A stretch of 64,000 bases of DNA from Pecten maximus (GCF_902652985.1 NC_047022.1:39866001-39930000); one strand, 5' to 3'; positions 1-15,100 are shown, counted from the first letter of the stretch. Numbers and translations are program-made. Notes: a model not told the origin generated them from the sequence alone.

Positions 1-129
1 TCTCACTTCAGTGAACGTGGTACAAAAAGTCCTTGATACACATATACAGAGTCCTGGAGATCGGGACACAGAGTCCTGGAGATCGGTACACAGAATCCTG
101 GAGTTCGGTACATGGATTCAGTGACAATT

Positions 130-3100
130 TTATATAGTAGACTTGAGAACATTGTACCGTTTCAGTGACATTCTCACTGATCCCAGTTCCCGCTCCACTC
201 GGTCAAGGTTATCCTCTATTTCCTCCTGTAGAATTAATATACATTACATTAAATCAATCATATCTAATACAAACAATACCAGCCAACTGTTCATCACAAA
301 TTCATATGTAGATATCAATTTTCCCTCCAAAAATACTTTTAGAAGACTTTACAATATAATTTCAAAGGATACAAAAAGACTCTAAATGACAAGTCTCCTT
401 GACCTGCTAATTAAATCATTATGTTTTTCTACAGACCTGTAACCTTGATGTTTTTGACCCTATCATTTAAATTGAAGAATTTCTTAACCATAATTTTCTG
501 GACTCAAAGCATTATTTCAAATTTTGTAACATTCTGGAGAGCATACGGACACTTATTGCTCTTTATTAGTTTACACTGTTAACTGTTACTCGCCGGGTAA
601 ATTGTGTCAAGTTTTAAAATATTCCCTGATAATTTTTAAAAGATAAGATGATGAAGGTAGAATTGGAAACTTTGAAAGTGATATCAATCAATAAAATCAC
701 TTACCTTCTTTTTCCTACTTTTACCATGAGAAGGTAACCGACTTAGAGCTGATTCAAGCTGAAATAAATGAAAGCATGAATTGAAGGTACTGTGTAAAAA
801 CCTGAACAAACTCAGTATTGGTACCACTGATAGTATAGTAAGTTAACAAATGAAATGAAAATTCAGAAGTTAAGTTATCGTAATCCTTACTTGTCGTTTT
901 TCTGTATTGAGGTCATCGTATCGGTGTTCCAGGTCACCTATGGACCTCAGTCTCTCCTTGATTCTGTCCTCACGAGACTGAAAATACAGTTATATCTTTA
1001 TTAACAAAAAGTCCCCATTGTTGATAAATTGACATACACACTTCTTAATATATCAAGTATAAAAGGCAAAAAGAGAACAATGTCAACATTTATACATGGC
1101 AATGGTGGGTTATCTGAAAATGGGGAGTGATAAACATGTTATATTCGACTGGACCCATTCAATATCGTCTGTAGGGTCAGTACGGTCACACCATCTGGTA
1201 ACCTTTTATTTAAATGAAAGTACAGCCTATCAGAGTTACTGTAGATTGTTGTGAAGATGCTAGAAAGGCCTTGGGTTTAGATGTCATACTTACTGTAGGT
1301 TGTCGTGGAGAAGTAGGAGAGGCCTTGGGTTTAGATGTCATACTTACTGTAGGTTGTCGTGAGAGGCCTTGGGTTTAGATGTCATACTTACTGTAGGTTG
1401 TCGTGGAGAAGCAGGAGAGGCCTTGGGTTTAGATGTCATACTTACTGTAGGTTGTCGTGGAGAAGTACGAGAGGCCTTGGGTTTAGATGTCATACTTACT
1501 GTAGGTTGTCGTGGAGAAGGACAAGAGGTCTTGGGCTTATAGTCATACTTACTGTAGGTTGTCGTGAGAGGCCTTGGGTTTAGATGTCATACTTACTGTA
1601 GGTTGTCATGGAGAAGCAGGAGAGGCCTTGGGTTTAGATGTCATACTTACTGTAGGTTGTCGTGAGAGGCCTTGGGTTTAGATGTCATACTTACTGTAGG
1701 TTGTCGTGGAGAAGCAGGAGAGGCCTTGGGTTTAGATGTCATACTTACTGTAGGTTGTTGTGGAGAAGCAGGAGAGGCCTTGGGTTTAGATGTCATACTT
1801 ACTGTAGGTTGTCGTGGAGAAGTAGGAGAGGCCTTGGGTTTAGAGTCATACTTACTGTAGGTTGTCATGGAGAAGCAGGACAGGCCTTGGGTTTAGATGT
1901 CATACTTACTGTAGGTTGTTGTGGAGAAGCAGGAGAGGCCTTGGGTTTAGATGTCATACTTACTGTAGGTTGTTGTGGAGAAGCAGGAGAGGCCTTGGGT
2001 TTAGATGTCATACATACTGTAGGTTGTCGTGGAGAAGTACGAGAGGCCTTGGGTTTAGATGTCATACTTACTGTAGGTTGTCGTGGAGAAGGACAAGAGG
2101 TCTTGGGCTTATAGTCATACTTACTGTAGGTTGTCGTGGAGAAGGACAAGAGGTCTTGGGTATAGAGTCATACTTACTGTAGGTTGTCGTGAGAGGCCTT
2201 GGGTTTAGATGTCATACTTACTGTAGGTTGTCTTGAGAGGCCTTGTGTTAGGATGTCATACTTACTGTAGGTTGTCGTGGAGAAGCAGGAGAGGCCTTGG
2301 GTTTAGATGCCATAGATGTGTATTTATCTTCCCAGTCAGGTCTAGAGAGGTAATCCCCGGCTCGTACTCTGTCCAGCATCTGATCCACAGTCATAGTGGG
2401 TTCTACAGCTTCTGTAAGGGGAGGTAATTAACTGTGAGTGAATTTATACCTGTACCATAAATATTGTCTTACTATATATATATTACAGTAAGACATTTCA
2501 CTCCCACACTTTGATAATTACAATAGTGATATGTGATACCTATGTCCTACAGACTTTAACAAAATTTTGAACATGAACATAACAAGAGTACAGAGACCAT
2601 CTTTTGGTAATATAACAATTTCATGGGAAAAGACTCCTAAAAATGGTATGCTTTTCACTGTTATGGAAAATTTCTGTTGATAACAAGATATTTATATAAT
2701 TATTTCCCCTGTCACGGAATATGTATATCATAAACATCAAACTCTGTTTAGCAAGTTTTTTTTTCTCTGTATGGACAATTGGTTACTTATACATTATAAT
2801 AAGTTTAGAAATTTACACAGAAACTTTTTCTCTGTTTTTAAAGTTTTACAAAATATTCATACAATTTTGTACTTTACAAACCAACCAGACCTAATTTGTA
2901 CATGTGTAATTATTTCCATGTCCATGAATTGAAGCTAATGAGGAGAATTCACCAAGGCAAATATTACTGGTACACAAAAGAAAATACATCTTGACAAATT
3001 TAATTCTGGGACAGCATAAAGGCTCTACTTAAGAGGAATAAAAACCATCCTGTACACCAATTTAAGACACATGAAATCTTGAGATATTAGATTTTGTGAG

Positions 3101-6100
3101 GTGTTGTACTTAAAGGTTCAGTTTGTTTATAAATACAATGAAGATACATGTAGTTATTTTTCATTTCAAGCTTCAGATCTAGCCAGAGTAATTTACCGAT
3201 CATTCTAGATTATGACATGTTCAGTAAATTAAAATCAATAATCATTTAAAATATATATATCATATAGAGCATTTGGACCTTCTAAATATCTGTCTTTTAT
3301 TTAAAGATAATAAAAAAATTTGACATTCTTGTTATAAATGTCAAACAACCTAGATATTCACTAAATTTTAGTACTAGGTAGTTTTAGTATCAAAAATTTG
3401 TTCAGCTATACAGAATATGTTTTTAAAACAGTTATACAGAATATGTTTTTAAAACAGCTATACAGAATATGTTTTTAAAACAGTCAAATTAAATTTAGTA
3501 AAAAACATAAAAAGGCAACAAAAATAACCTATCCCAAAACACGTGTAAGTAGATACTGGGTTGCCAAATTTGGAAAATAAATTAATGCGACAATTAATTC
3601 CAAACAATAAAATTAATGAGTAAATATTCCAACACTGTACTAAGACACACCACCTAAACAATAAGCATGTTTTACTGGGTAATATATAATGTCCCAAGCC
3701 ATTGAACTGTTGAGTTAGTCTGAGTTAGCTAGTCACTCGACTTACTACGACAAGGGCGGGGCACCCGAGGTAGACTGGAGGGGCGCCGCCTCACACAAGG
3801 ACTTGATGACCTCGACCTTGGTCGAGAACGCCCCCTAGGGCTTCTCATTACTGAACAAGAATGGTGGTAAAAGGCACTCTTCAAAATTCTATCCTTATCA
3901 CAAAATATTTCTTTCACGAAAAATTATACAAAAACATTTGCATGCAAATTTGTCAATTTCAACCAAAATTATCCTCTATCAATCTCAAAAAACACATGCA
4001 TAGAGAAATGGTAAAAAAAAAACAACACAAAACAAAACATCCAGTTCTACAAAACAACAGCATAGTTATAAGAAAATGTTTACCATGTAATCTCACTAGT
4101 AGGCTCTTCAATATAAATCAGTTCTACTCTCATCAATTAATATTTCTGTTTTCACCAACTAAAATGAATTTAACTTCAATTCTTTCAAAAAATAAAAATA
4201 TCCAATTTTGAATTTTCAATCAAATTTCAAAAAATGTTTTTTAATTAGATTGGTTTTTAGCTTTTACGTTGACACCAAAATAAAGAGTTTGTACATAAAA
4301 CCACTGACACTTTATTTTATATATGTTCTTTACCAAGTTTGTTATCCAAACAAACAATATCACAAAGTTTTACACAAAATTCAAGACATGCAAAGACCAT
4401 GTGATGGTGTCATTACCTTTCTTTTTCTTTCTGTCCTCGTTATGAGTAACACTGGAGTTATCTCCACCTGGGGGTTTCTTGTTTGTCCATACAACACCGT
4501 TATGCTGACCATCACCTGGAGATCTTGGCACTTGATTGTCAGCATTTACATCAAATCTTGTCTGACTAGAAAAATCCTCTTTTCCATTCTGGTCTTTGAC
4601 TAATGTCTGTGTAGTTTTACGAGAAGATCTTGATTTAGAATGTGGTGGTTCTAATTTGGAATGCTTTGAGGATTTCACTAATGGTGAGCTAGGAGTTGAT
4701 TTTTTCTTCAGTTTCAAATTGTCTGAGCGCCTGTCTGGGGACATATCTGCCCGTCGACTTTGCGTAACCACATCACTACCATAGAACTTTTTCTTCTGTA
4801 ATTTTGGCTGAGCAGGCTCCCTTGATGGTGTGGGAGAGTTCCGTAAGACGTCTCGCAATCGGTAGAGCTCCTCTTCTGCCCGCATGATTGGAGAGGTCAC
4901 AGGAATCAGATCATCCTCCCTCTCTAGTTGTGACCTTGACCTTGTACTTCTGGGTGGTGTTCTCACCAATCTGACAATATAACAAATGAAGTATACTGGA
5001 CCAATTTGTTATACAAAGCAACAGAACCTCATGTTGGTAACTAAACTATCAATAAAACTCAAGTACCACTTCTATCACTTCTATCAATAAAACTCCAAGT
5101 ATCATTTCTATCAATAAAACTCAAGTATCACTTCTATCACTTCTATCAATAAAACTCCGAGTATCATTTCTATCAATAAAACTCCAAGTATCACTTCTAT
5201 CAATAAAACTCCAAGTATCATTTCTATCAATAAAACTCCGAGTATCATTTCTATCAATAAAACTCCCAAGTATCACTTCTATCACTTCTATCAATAAAAC
5301 TCCAAGTATCACTTCTATCACTTCTATCAATAAAACTCCGAGTATCATTTCTATCAATAAAACTCCAAGTATCAGTTCTATCATTACAACTCTGAGTATC
5401 ATTTCTATCAATAAAACTCCAAGTATCACTTCTATCAATAAAACTCCAAGTATCACTTCTATCACTTCTATCAATAAAACTCCAAGTATCACTTCTATCA
5501 ATAAAACTCTGAGTATCATTTCTATCAATAAAACTCCAAGTATCACTTCTATCAATAAAACTCCAAGTATCACTTCTATCAATTAAACTCCAAGTATCAT
5601 TTCTATCAATAAAACTCCAAGTATCACTTCTATCAATAAAACTCTGAGTATCACTTCTATCAATAAAACTCTGAGTATCACTTCTATCAATAAAACTCCA
5701 AGTATCACTTCTATCAATAAAACTCCAAGTATCACTTCTATCATTACACTGAACTAGTTCATGTTTTATCCTTAAGTTGATTATTGATAGTAACATCTCT
5801 ATATTATTAATCAATCTTGTAATGAAGACATGTGACTGTTACTCACAAAGTGTCCTCTGATCGATGGAAGGATCCATTCAGAACATTCTCCTGACTTTGG
5901 TGTACAGAGTTGTTTAGGCCACTATTGTCCACATAAGGTGCTGATACAGGTTGTGACCTTGTAGGAGAGTGGCTATCAGATTGAGGATGGAGCCTAGATG
6001 AGGTGTGATCTGTGTGATGTCTGGAAGAAGCATGGTTGGTTTGAGTTGGGGTAGGCTTACTGGCAGGCCTGGCAGGAGAAGGGTGGCGATGGTCTAGGGC

Positions 6101-9100
6101 CAGTGCTTCCTGCTGAACTGCCAAGGACTCATTTAAACTGTTGTAGATAGAGCCGGATATTGTGTGACTGAAAAGTGAAAAAAAAAATAAGTTAACCATG
6201 CTAATACATAACCTACCAATAAATAATTAATCATGGTAGTGATTATCTGTAATACATAACCTACCAATGTAAATCATTAATTATAATAGTGATTATTACT
6301 TATACATAACCTACCAATGTAAATCATTAATCATGATAGCGATTATTACTTATACATAACCTACCAATGTAAATAATTAATCATGGAAGTGATTATCTCT
6401 AATACATAACGTACCAATGTAAATCATTAATCATGATAGTGATTATTACTTATACATAACCTACCAATGTAAATCATTAATCATGATAGTAATTATCTCT
6501 AAAACATAGCCTACCAATGACATCAATGTTAATGTTATCATTTTGTTTAGATCTTGTAAATTACAGTAAGATACTTACCTGATACTCTGGGAGATTTTAT
6601 GGTGTAGGTTATTAGATACTAACCTGATACCCTGGGAGATTTTATGGTGTAGGTTATTAGATACTAACCTGAGACCCTGGGAGATTTTATGGTGTACATT
6701 ATTAGATACTTACCTGATACCCTGGGAGATTTTATGGTGTAGGTTATTAGATACTAACCTGATACCCTGGGAGATTTTATGGTGTAGGTTATTAGATACT
6801 AACCCGATACCCTGGGAGATTTTATGGTGTAGGTTATTAGATACTTACCTGATACCCTGGGAGATTTTATGGTGTAGGTTATTAGATACTAACCTGATAC
6901 CCTGGGAGATTTTATGGTGTAGGTTATATGATACTTACCTGATACCCTGGGAGATTTTATGGTGTAGGTTATTAGATACTTACCTGATACCCTGGGAGAT
7001 TTTATGGTGTAGGTTATTAGATACTAACCCGATACCCTGGGAGATTTTATGGTGTAGGTTATTAGATACTTACCTGATACCCTGGGAGATTTTATGGTGT
7101 AGGTTATATGATACTTACCTAATACCCTGGGAGATTTTATGGTGTAGGTTATTAGATACTTACCTGATACCCTGGGAGATTTTATGGTGTAGGTTATTAG
7201 ATACTTACCTGATACCCTGGGAGATTTTATGGTGTATGTTATTAGATACTTACCTGATACCCTGTGATATTTTATGGTGTAGGTTATTAGATACTTACCT
7301 GATACCCTGGGAGATTTTATGGTGTAGGTTATTAGATACTTACCTGATACCCTGGGAGATTTTATGGTGTACATTATTAGATATTTACCTGATACCCTGG
7401 GAGATTTTATTGTGTTGGTTATTAGATACTTACCTGATACCCTGGGAGATTTTATGGTGTAGGTTATTAGATACTTACCTGATACCCTGGGAGATTTTAT
7501 GGTGTAGGTTATTAGATACTTACCTGATACCCTGTGATATTTTATGGTGTACATTATTAGATACTAACCTGATACCCTGGGAGATTTTATGGTGTAGGTT
7601 ATTAGATACTTACCTGATACCCTGGGAGATTTTATGGTGTAGGTTATTAGATACTAACCTGATACCCTGGGAGATTTTATGGTGTAGGTTATTAGATACT
7701 AACCTGATACCCTGGGAGATTTTATGGTGTAGGTTATTAGATACTTACCTGATACCCTGGGAGATTTTATGGTGTAGGTTATTAGATACTTACCTGATAC
7801 CCTGGGAGATTTTATGGTGTAGGTTATTAGATACTAACCCGATACCCTGGGAGATTTTATGGTGTAGGTTATTAGATACTAACCTGATACCCTGGGAGAT
7901 TTTATGGTGTAGGTTATTAGATACTTACCTGTAACCTGATACCCTGGGAGATTTTATGGTGTAGGTTATTAGATACTTACCTGTAACCTGATACCCTGGG
8001 AGATTTTATGGTGTAGGTTATTAGATACTAACCTGAGACCCTGGGAGATGTTATGGTGTAGGTTATTAGATACTTACCTGATACCCTGGGAGATTTTATT
8101 GTGTAGGTTATTAGATACTTACCTGATGCCCTGGGAGATTTTATTGTGTAGGTTATTAGATACTTACCTGATACCCTGGGAGATTTTATGGTGTAGGTTA
8201 TTAGATACTAACCTGATACCCTGGGAGATTTTATGGTGTAGGTTATTAGATACTTACCTGATGCCCTGGGAGATTTTATTGTGTAGGTTATTAGATACTT
8301 ACCTGATACCCTGGGAGATTTTATGGTGTAGGTTATTAGATACTAACCTGATACCCTGGGAGATTTTATGGTGTAGGTTATTAGATACTTACCTGATACC
8401 CTGGGAGATTTTATGGTGTAGGTTATTAGATACTTACCTGATACCCTGGGAGATTTTATGGTGTAGGTTATTAGATACTTACCTGATACCCTGGGAGATT
8501 TTATGGTGTAGGTTATTAGATACTTACCTGATACCCTGGGAGATTTTATGGTGTAGGTTATCGTTTTCCCTGCCCAGTCTCCTGTTCTCCAACTCTAACT
8601 TCGTGATGGTTCTGAACAAAAAATATTTTTTTCATTATACACCTCAGCTGATGATTTAAACATTTTACATTATAAAAAAAATAATAAATCATGTCAAAAT
8701 GGTAGTCTAGATTGGTATTTTTGTGTAATCTTGACAGACCAAATCTTTCATTTAGGAATGATGATATCTATAAGGAGCAATATAATAAGATGTAGGTAGC
8801 ATTTTCTGTTGTAATTCCTATCAAAAAGTTTGTAACAAAAAATAGTTACCTCTTCATCTCCACATTCTCTGTCCTAGCATCATACAGTTTATTTTCTAGA
8901 TCATTAACCGATTCCTGCAACAGACAAAAGAACATAATAAGTTTAAACAAACCCTAGTATTAAAGTCTCATTACTCAAAGGACCCAGGCCATTTTTTCAT
9001 AGGTTATAATACTGCAATTTTTACCATGGCATGGAGCTTAGCATTTAGACTAAAGGTTAATTACATTTTCATTATTCCAAAAGAAATGGTACATTTTGTT

Positions 9101-12100
9101 AATTACAGTGATTTCTAAATACATTGAATTAACTTGACTGAAAGTATTGATAGTGACAACTTTGTCATTAACATTTAATCTACTCATATATCAAGCAAAA
9201 TTCACTTAAATCATATACATTCTTGTATGTACACGTTGTAAAATGAAAGAAGCATACTGGGTATTGCTAAAGCAATACATGTCCCATACCTGCCCCTACT
9301 AAAACTTGTAACAGGGACATTGACCTTGTCCCGAAATCCCCGACTCCTGACTTGACTGACTCCGACTTGTCTGAGATATTATGGTCCTTCATCTTTGTGT
9401 GAAGTTTGATTAAAATCCCTCAGCTGCTAGAGTGCTGACAAATGTTGGGAGTATTTAAGTATGTACACCCTCAGCTGCCAAAGTGCTGACAAACGTTGGA
9501 GTATTTAAGTATGTACACCCTCAGCTGCCAGAGTGCTGACAAACGTTGGAGTATTTAAGTATGTACACCCTCAGCTGCCAGAGTGCTGACAAACGTTGGA
9601 GTATGTAAGTATGTACACCCTCAGCTGCTAGAGTGCTGACAAACGTTGCAGTATTTAAGTATGTACACCCTCAGCTGGCAGAGTGCTGACAAACGTTGGA
9701 GTATGTAAGTATGTACACCCTCAGCTGCCAGAGTGCTGACAAACGTTGGAGTATGTAAGTATGTACACCCTCAGCTGCTAGAGTGCTGACAAACGTTGGA
9801 GTATGTAAGTATGTACACCCTCAGCTGCTAGAGTGCTGACAAACGTTGGAGTATGTAAGTATGTACACCCTCAGCTGCTAGAGTGCTGACAAACGTTGGA
9901 GTATGTACATAGATACAAGATGGACAGATAGAAAACCTACAGTCCCCCAGTTTCACCAGGAGGGGACTTATAAGATAAAAGTCCTTATTTTTTTTCTCTC
10001 AAAAATTAGATATTAAGATTTTAACGTTACATACCTTGAGTATGCTACGCTCCCTCTCATTGGCCTGGAACTGTTCTACCAACTAAAATGTATAAATTCA
10101 AAGGTTAATCTCAATGGCAAGTAGAATAGGACTACAGCAGAAATGCATATGTCTTCGGGTTTTGTAACAATATGGAAATTGAAAATATAGAACATTAAAA
10201 TGTTAGCATCCTCACCTTCTCCAAAGCTGTACGGTCCCTGTGTATGTAGGTAGCCTGATCTTCTTGTACCTGGACAAATAATAATAATGAGAATTTAAAG
10301 TTCTTATATACATGTAGTACTATATCACAGCAATATAGCCATCTCAAAGCAGTTTACCAATCATTATCTGTAGTTTAAGCTGCCCTTAGTAACCAGTCGT
10401 TCTCAACTCCTTAGGGAGCATGCAGCCGTAGCTGACATTTTGGAGCAAATAGTTTATAAATGACATTTTTTGTGCTGTCCTATTACGTAGTCAATCACAG
10501 CTGAGTCAACTGAACACAATGGAGTAAAGTATCCTTCTCAAGGACACAACACAGTGCCTGGGTCTCATACAGACAACCTTTCTGTAACATATAGACTTGC
10601 TCCCTACCACTAGACCACCATTAAAAACAAAGAGCTGTTGTAGAACAGATAGCTCACCTCATAAATGTTTGTCAATAGATATTCAAAATATATGAATGGG
10701 TATTGTTTTGCATATTGGATAAATAAGATTTATATTGTGTACTTAACAGAATTAAATTGTGTTACTCAACCTTAATTGATATCATTCGTAAATAGCTGAA
10801 AAATCTTTGATATCTTCAAAAATACAAAAATTATAGTATAAAACATGTCATAAAACAGATCTTATTTTCAAAAATCCCTTAGTATGACTCCGGGACTAAC
10901 ACTTAAAGATCAGATGATGCATCGACTGTGGAATGGAAGTAGGCTATTGATTGGTCGACAATCATAGTTAGTATTATTTACAGAGCTGTCGACCAATCAA
11001 ACTGCATACTGCTCAAAAATATACAGACTACTTCTATATCACAGTCGATGTATTGTCAGCTATCACGGCCGCTTTTGATCCATTTTCTCATCTTAAAATC
11101 ATTATCATACGACAAAAGAATAACATGCATTACTATTTACGGATTCTAAACCAAGGTATGTTACCGAAGTGTGTGCAATTGATATTTCAGTCGGATTGAA
11201 CTTAAATTTAAAGTAAATCGAAGCTCACCCCTACTTACAACTTTTCGAGTGTTACACCTTGTTGATATTTTTTCTATAAACACTAACCAGAAGCAGACAC
11301 CTGTGCTGTTATTCAACTCCAAAGGTATGAAATCCTCAGAATATCTTTTCTATTGTGGTAGAAACAGGCCACACAAACTCATGGGTGTTGTTATTAATAA
11401 GTACTTTCGACTTAGTTATTTTTCAAAAGTTACAAAAAACACTTGCTAAAGTTTGTGTTATCTTTTAAATTTTGAAAAATAACTAACTCGAGTGAAAGAA
11501 ATACCATGTACAATGACCACTCGTTGTGTAACCTTACCATGTACAATGACCACTCGTTGTGTAACCTTACCATGTACAATGACCACTCGTTGTGTAACCT
11601 TACCATGTACAATGACCACTCGTTGTGTAACCTTACCATGTACAATGACCACTCGTTGTGTAACCTCTTTATATCTTGTTAACTTTTACTGGTAATCAGA
11701 TGAACCAACATATTCTAACAAATTCATTAGGTAAGCCAACACTTTACATGAACTGAGCTTTCAGACACACTGGAAAAATTCAGATCAAAAGGGAAAATAT
11801 ATTTAAAATCAGTCTGCCATGTATAACTGAATATGTCCTGTTGTCTTGGTGACCATTCTTCCCACCTTTTTAGCCTTTTTCAGGTTGTTTTTATGTGCGT
11901 TGTTCTCTGCCCTCAGCTGTTCTAGTAAGTCGTCCTTCTCTCCAATACGATACTGTAGCTCCTCTACTGTAGAGCGGAATGTGGAAATCTTATCCTGGGC
12001 CTCTTTGTAGAAGTCAGCATATTCAGCCTGAAACATGACATGGTATACCGATATATAATATTCCTTGATTTTAAATCAAAATGGACAATATAAATAATCA

Positions 12101-15100
12101 ATTCAAAATATTGGTTAAGTTATGATTTTAAGTTCTGAGAAGGACAAAAAAGTAACAATTCCATACAGAGTGTGATATTATGATACAGATCTACTTGATA
12201 TGGCGTTGTTTGGTTCTGATTCTTTCTTACAAGTCTTTTTATTTTCTATGACTGTTGATTCAAACAGTAAGTGCAGGTTTGAATTCTGGCTTTGGATGTT
12301 AGTTATGTCTAAACTCTTATAAATAGTCTAAAATACCCTATTAATTGATTAAATGAAATCATTTTTCTGATGTATGAAAAGACTTACAGCCCTGGCCTCC
12401 AAAGCTTTCACTTTCTGTTCAATGTCATAGTTCCTCCTGAAATAAAATAAGCAACATCTTTAAAAAAAAAAGGAACAAAAGGGGAAAAAAAGGAAAACAA
12501 TTTCCATTACCTACTAACTGTTACCAAAAAATCCTGAAACTAATAATCTGTGACATCTAAATTTTGATATGGAAACAAAACAAGTTTTCATGCTCTTTAT
12601 GTTAAGTGTTAAACATTCATTTTTAAGTTACTCTTTATACCACTATTAACTTGGGTACCCAGTACCCCTCACCTGTCAGACAAGCTCAGTTTGTCCTCTA
12701 ATTCAGAAACCTTCTCTCTCTGTAGCCCAATCTCATGATGTAAACTCTCATTTTCTGATACAAAATGCTGAAGTGATTTGTGTCCAATGGCAGTGTCACT
12801 ATCAGAAGCTCTGAGTGCCTGCCTCAATCCCTGAAGCTCCTTCTCATAGTATTCACGGAGGTCTGCCATGTGCTTGGCATGCTTTTCTCTCAATCCGACT
12901 CTTGTGCTGATTAAAAAAAAACAGAACTTTTTTTACTTCAAATGGAATATAACACAGAATTTGTGCCCTTTATTTCTAATTTAATGCTTAATATTTATAT
13001 TTTCCTCTTTTTCACTATGAGAGGACACAGCATTGTCATAACTTGTGCCCAATCTCTTATCACTGATTAGCCAAATTAATTAGTTTAAACTAAAACTTAA
13101 CCTACATATTATTTAATGTATGCACAATAAAATGATATTTTGCAGAATGATATAAATACTTAGACTATAGCATAGGAAAAAAGTTTTAAATGCTCCAGCT
13201 GAATCCTATAATGAAAGTCACTGTTTAGTTTCTACAATGAAGAGTGAATACTATACATTATCAAGCTTCAACCAAGTAGATATTCGAAATATGATGGCAA
13301 TGTTTCAACTGGAAATTACGATATATTGTATTAAGGGATGTCTGTACAGTACATGGGCTACCTAGATGAAAGATGAACGTCATCAGACAGGGTGGCTGAG
13401 CTATACAGCTCTGAGTTAAAACTCTCCTGCTGCTCCACACGTTCACGATGTCGGTCCTCTAGCTCCCTCTGTAGTACAGAACTCTGGCGTTTCTCGCTCA
13501 TGGAAGGGGAGACAATCAGGGGGTAGATTTCCTTGTTTCTAGGAGGTGTTCTTGGTTTGGCTGATGGAGACACCTACAATTAAAAGTATTGTTCAAATGC
13601 AAAAAACGCTGATGCGATTTTTCCTTTTTCAAAGATTCAAAGAAAAGATTAATTTGCAATAAAAAAATTGTTTGGCGACCTGATGTTTCACCCTTCCAGG
13701 GGCACCAAACTCCAACATGTTTTCATTACATACATGACCTTAAGTAAATACTAAATGTATGACAGAGTCTACATACCTTTGACTGACTGCCTTTCCCTCG
13801 GCGTATGGGCATGGGACTGCTGTATACTCCAGCCCTGGGAGGTACCTCACCTGCATCGCCAGTCATCCTCTCTAGATAGGATCTAGATACTGGAGGTGAC
13901 CTTGATCTAGCTCTGGGTGGTGATACTGCCTTAGGGGATCTTGACCTTGCTTTCGGAGATCTTGACCTTGGTGGTGATCTCATTTCAGGTGACCTCGACC
14001 TAGGTGGTGACCTTGCCCTTGATGATCTTGACATAGGTGGAGATTTTGACCGTTGGAGTCTTGATCTTGGTGGAGATTTTGGCCGTGGTGATCTAGGTCT
14101 TTCTGGTGACCTTGTCCTCGGAGGTGTTGTTAATGTTGGGGGTGAACTGTGAGCCCTCTGTGATGGTGACTCTCTAGGGGCAAGAGTAAACTCACCATCC
14201 AGTGATCGCCGAACAGGTGGATGATCCTCAAGTGACTGCCTGACTTCCTGGTAAATTTCACGCCAGGAGGGAGAGTGTTCGCGAGGATTTCTTGTTGAAT
14301 CCCTGTTTTGGGCTTGTCTTGGGGATTTGTCTGTGTTCTGTCTTGGGGATATGTATGGAGATCTCACTTCACCTCTATACACAAAGAAAATCATTTATCA
14401 ATTTCTCTGACTTAGGGTGCACTTTCTGATTCTAATTTAAGAATATCACCAATTCAGAGTTTGTTTTGCTGAAACTATATTCACAATTTTCTCCCAATAA
14501 GAAGAGGACAAATTCAAGAAGATATTAAAAATTTCACAGGTACATGTGTATTCCCCTTGAGATGAAAATTAGAGGGTCAAAGCTTCCCAGTACATATGTA
14601 TATATCTGGTAGTATTTACATATTTTGTTCATCAGAAATAACAAACCACCATGTACCAATTTTGATACATGACTAAAGATTTGGGATCCAAAACAGGACT
14701 CCATATATACTTGCCTATAAGTATCTGGTGTCTGTGACTCGGCAGTGCTGTTGAATGAACTGTCCTCCAAAGCCTTTTTATGAACCTTGAGTTTGTGCTT
14801 GAGCTGCTGTTGCTGATCAAACAGTTCATTCTCCATCCTCTGTTGAATATTAAATATGGTGTCCTTGTGTTGACGAAGCTGGTGTTTCATCTCCTGCTCA
14901 TGTCTCTCCTCCAGAGTCTGGAACATCTGCATCCAGCTAGTCTGTAATCATACCACAAAACTAACCAGGAAGGTGGGTACATAGTTATGGTAGATTAATG
15001 TATACAGCTAGTCTGTAATCATACCACAAAAATAACACAAGAGGTCCATGGGGCCTGTATCACTCAGCTAGTCTGTAATCATGCCACAAAAACTAACCAG

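Noticed and set aside
1359-8659. Long repetitive ORFs (e.g. 5121-5814, 7024-8659) as proteins
   Set aside because: They are translations of intronic minisatellites with unit lengths divisible by 3, and lie on the opposite strand, out of frame, or behind stops relative to MPHOSPH9.
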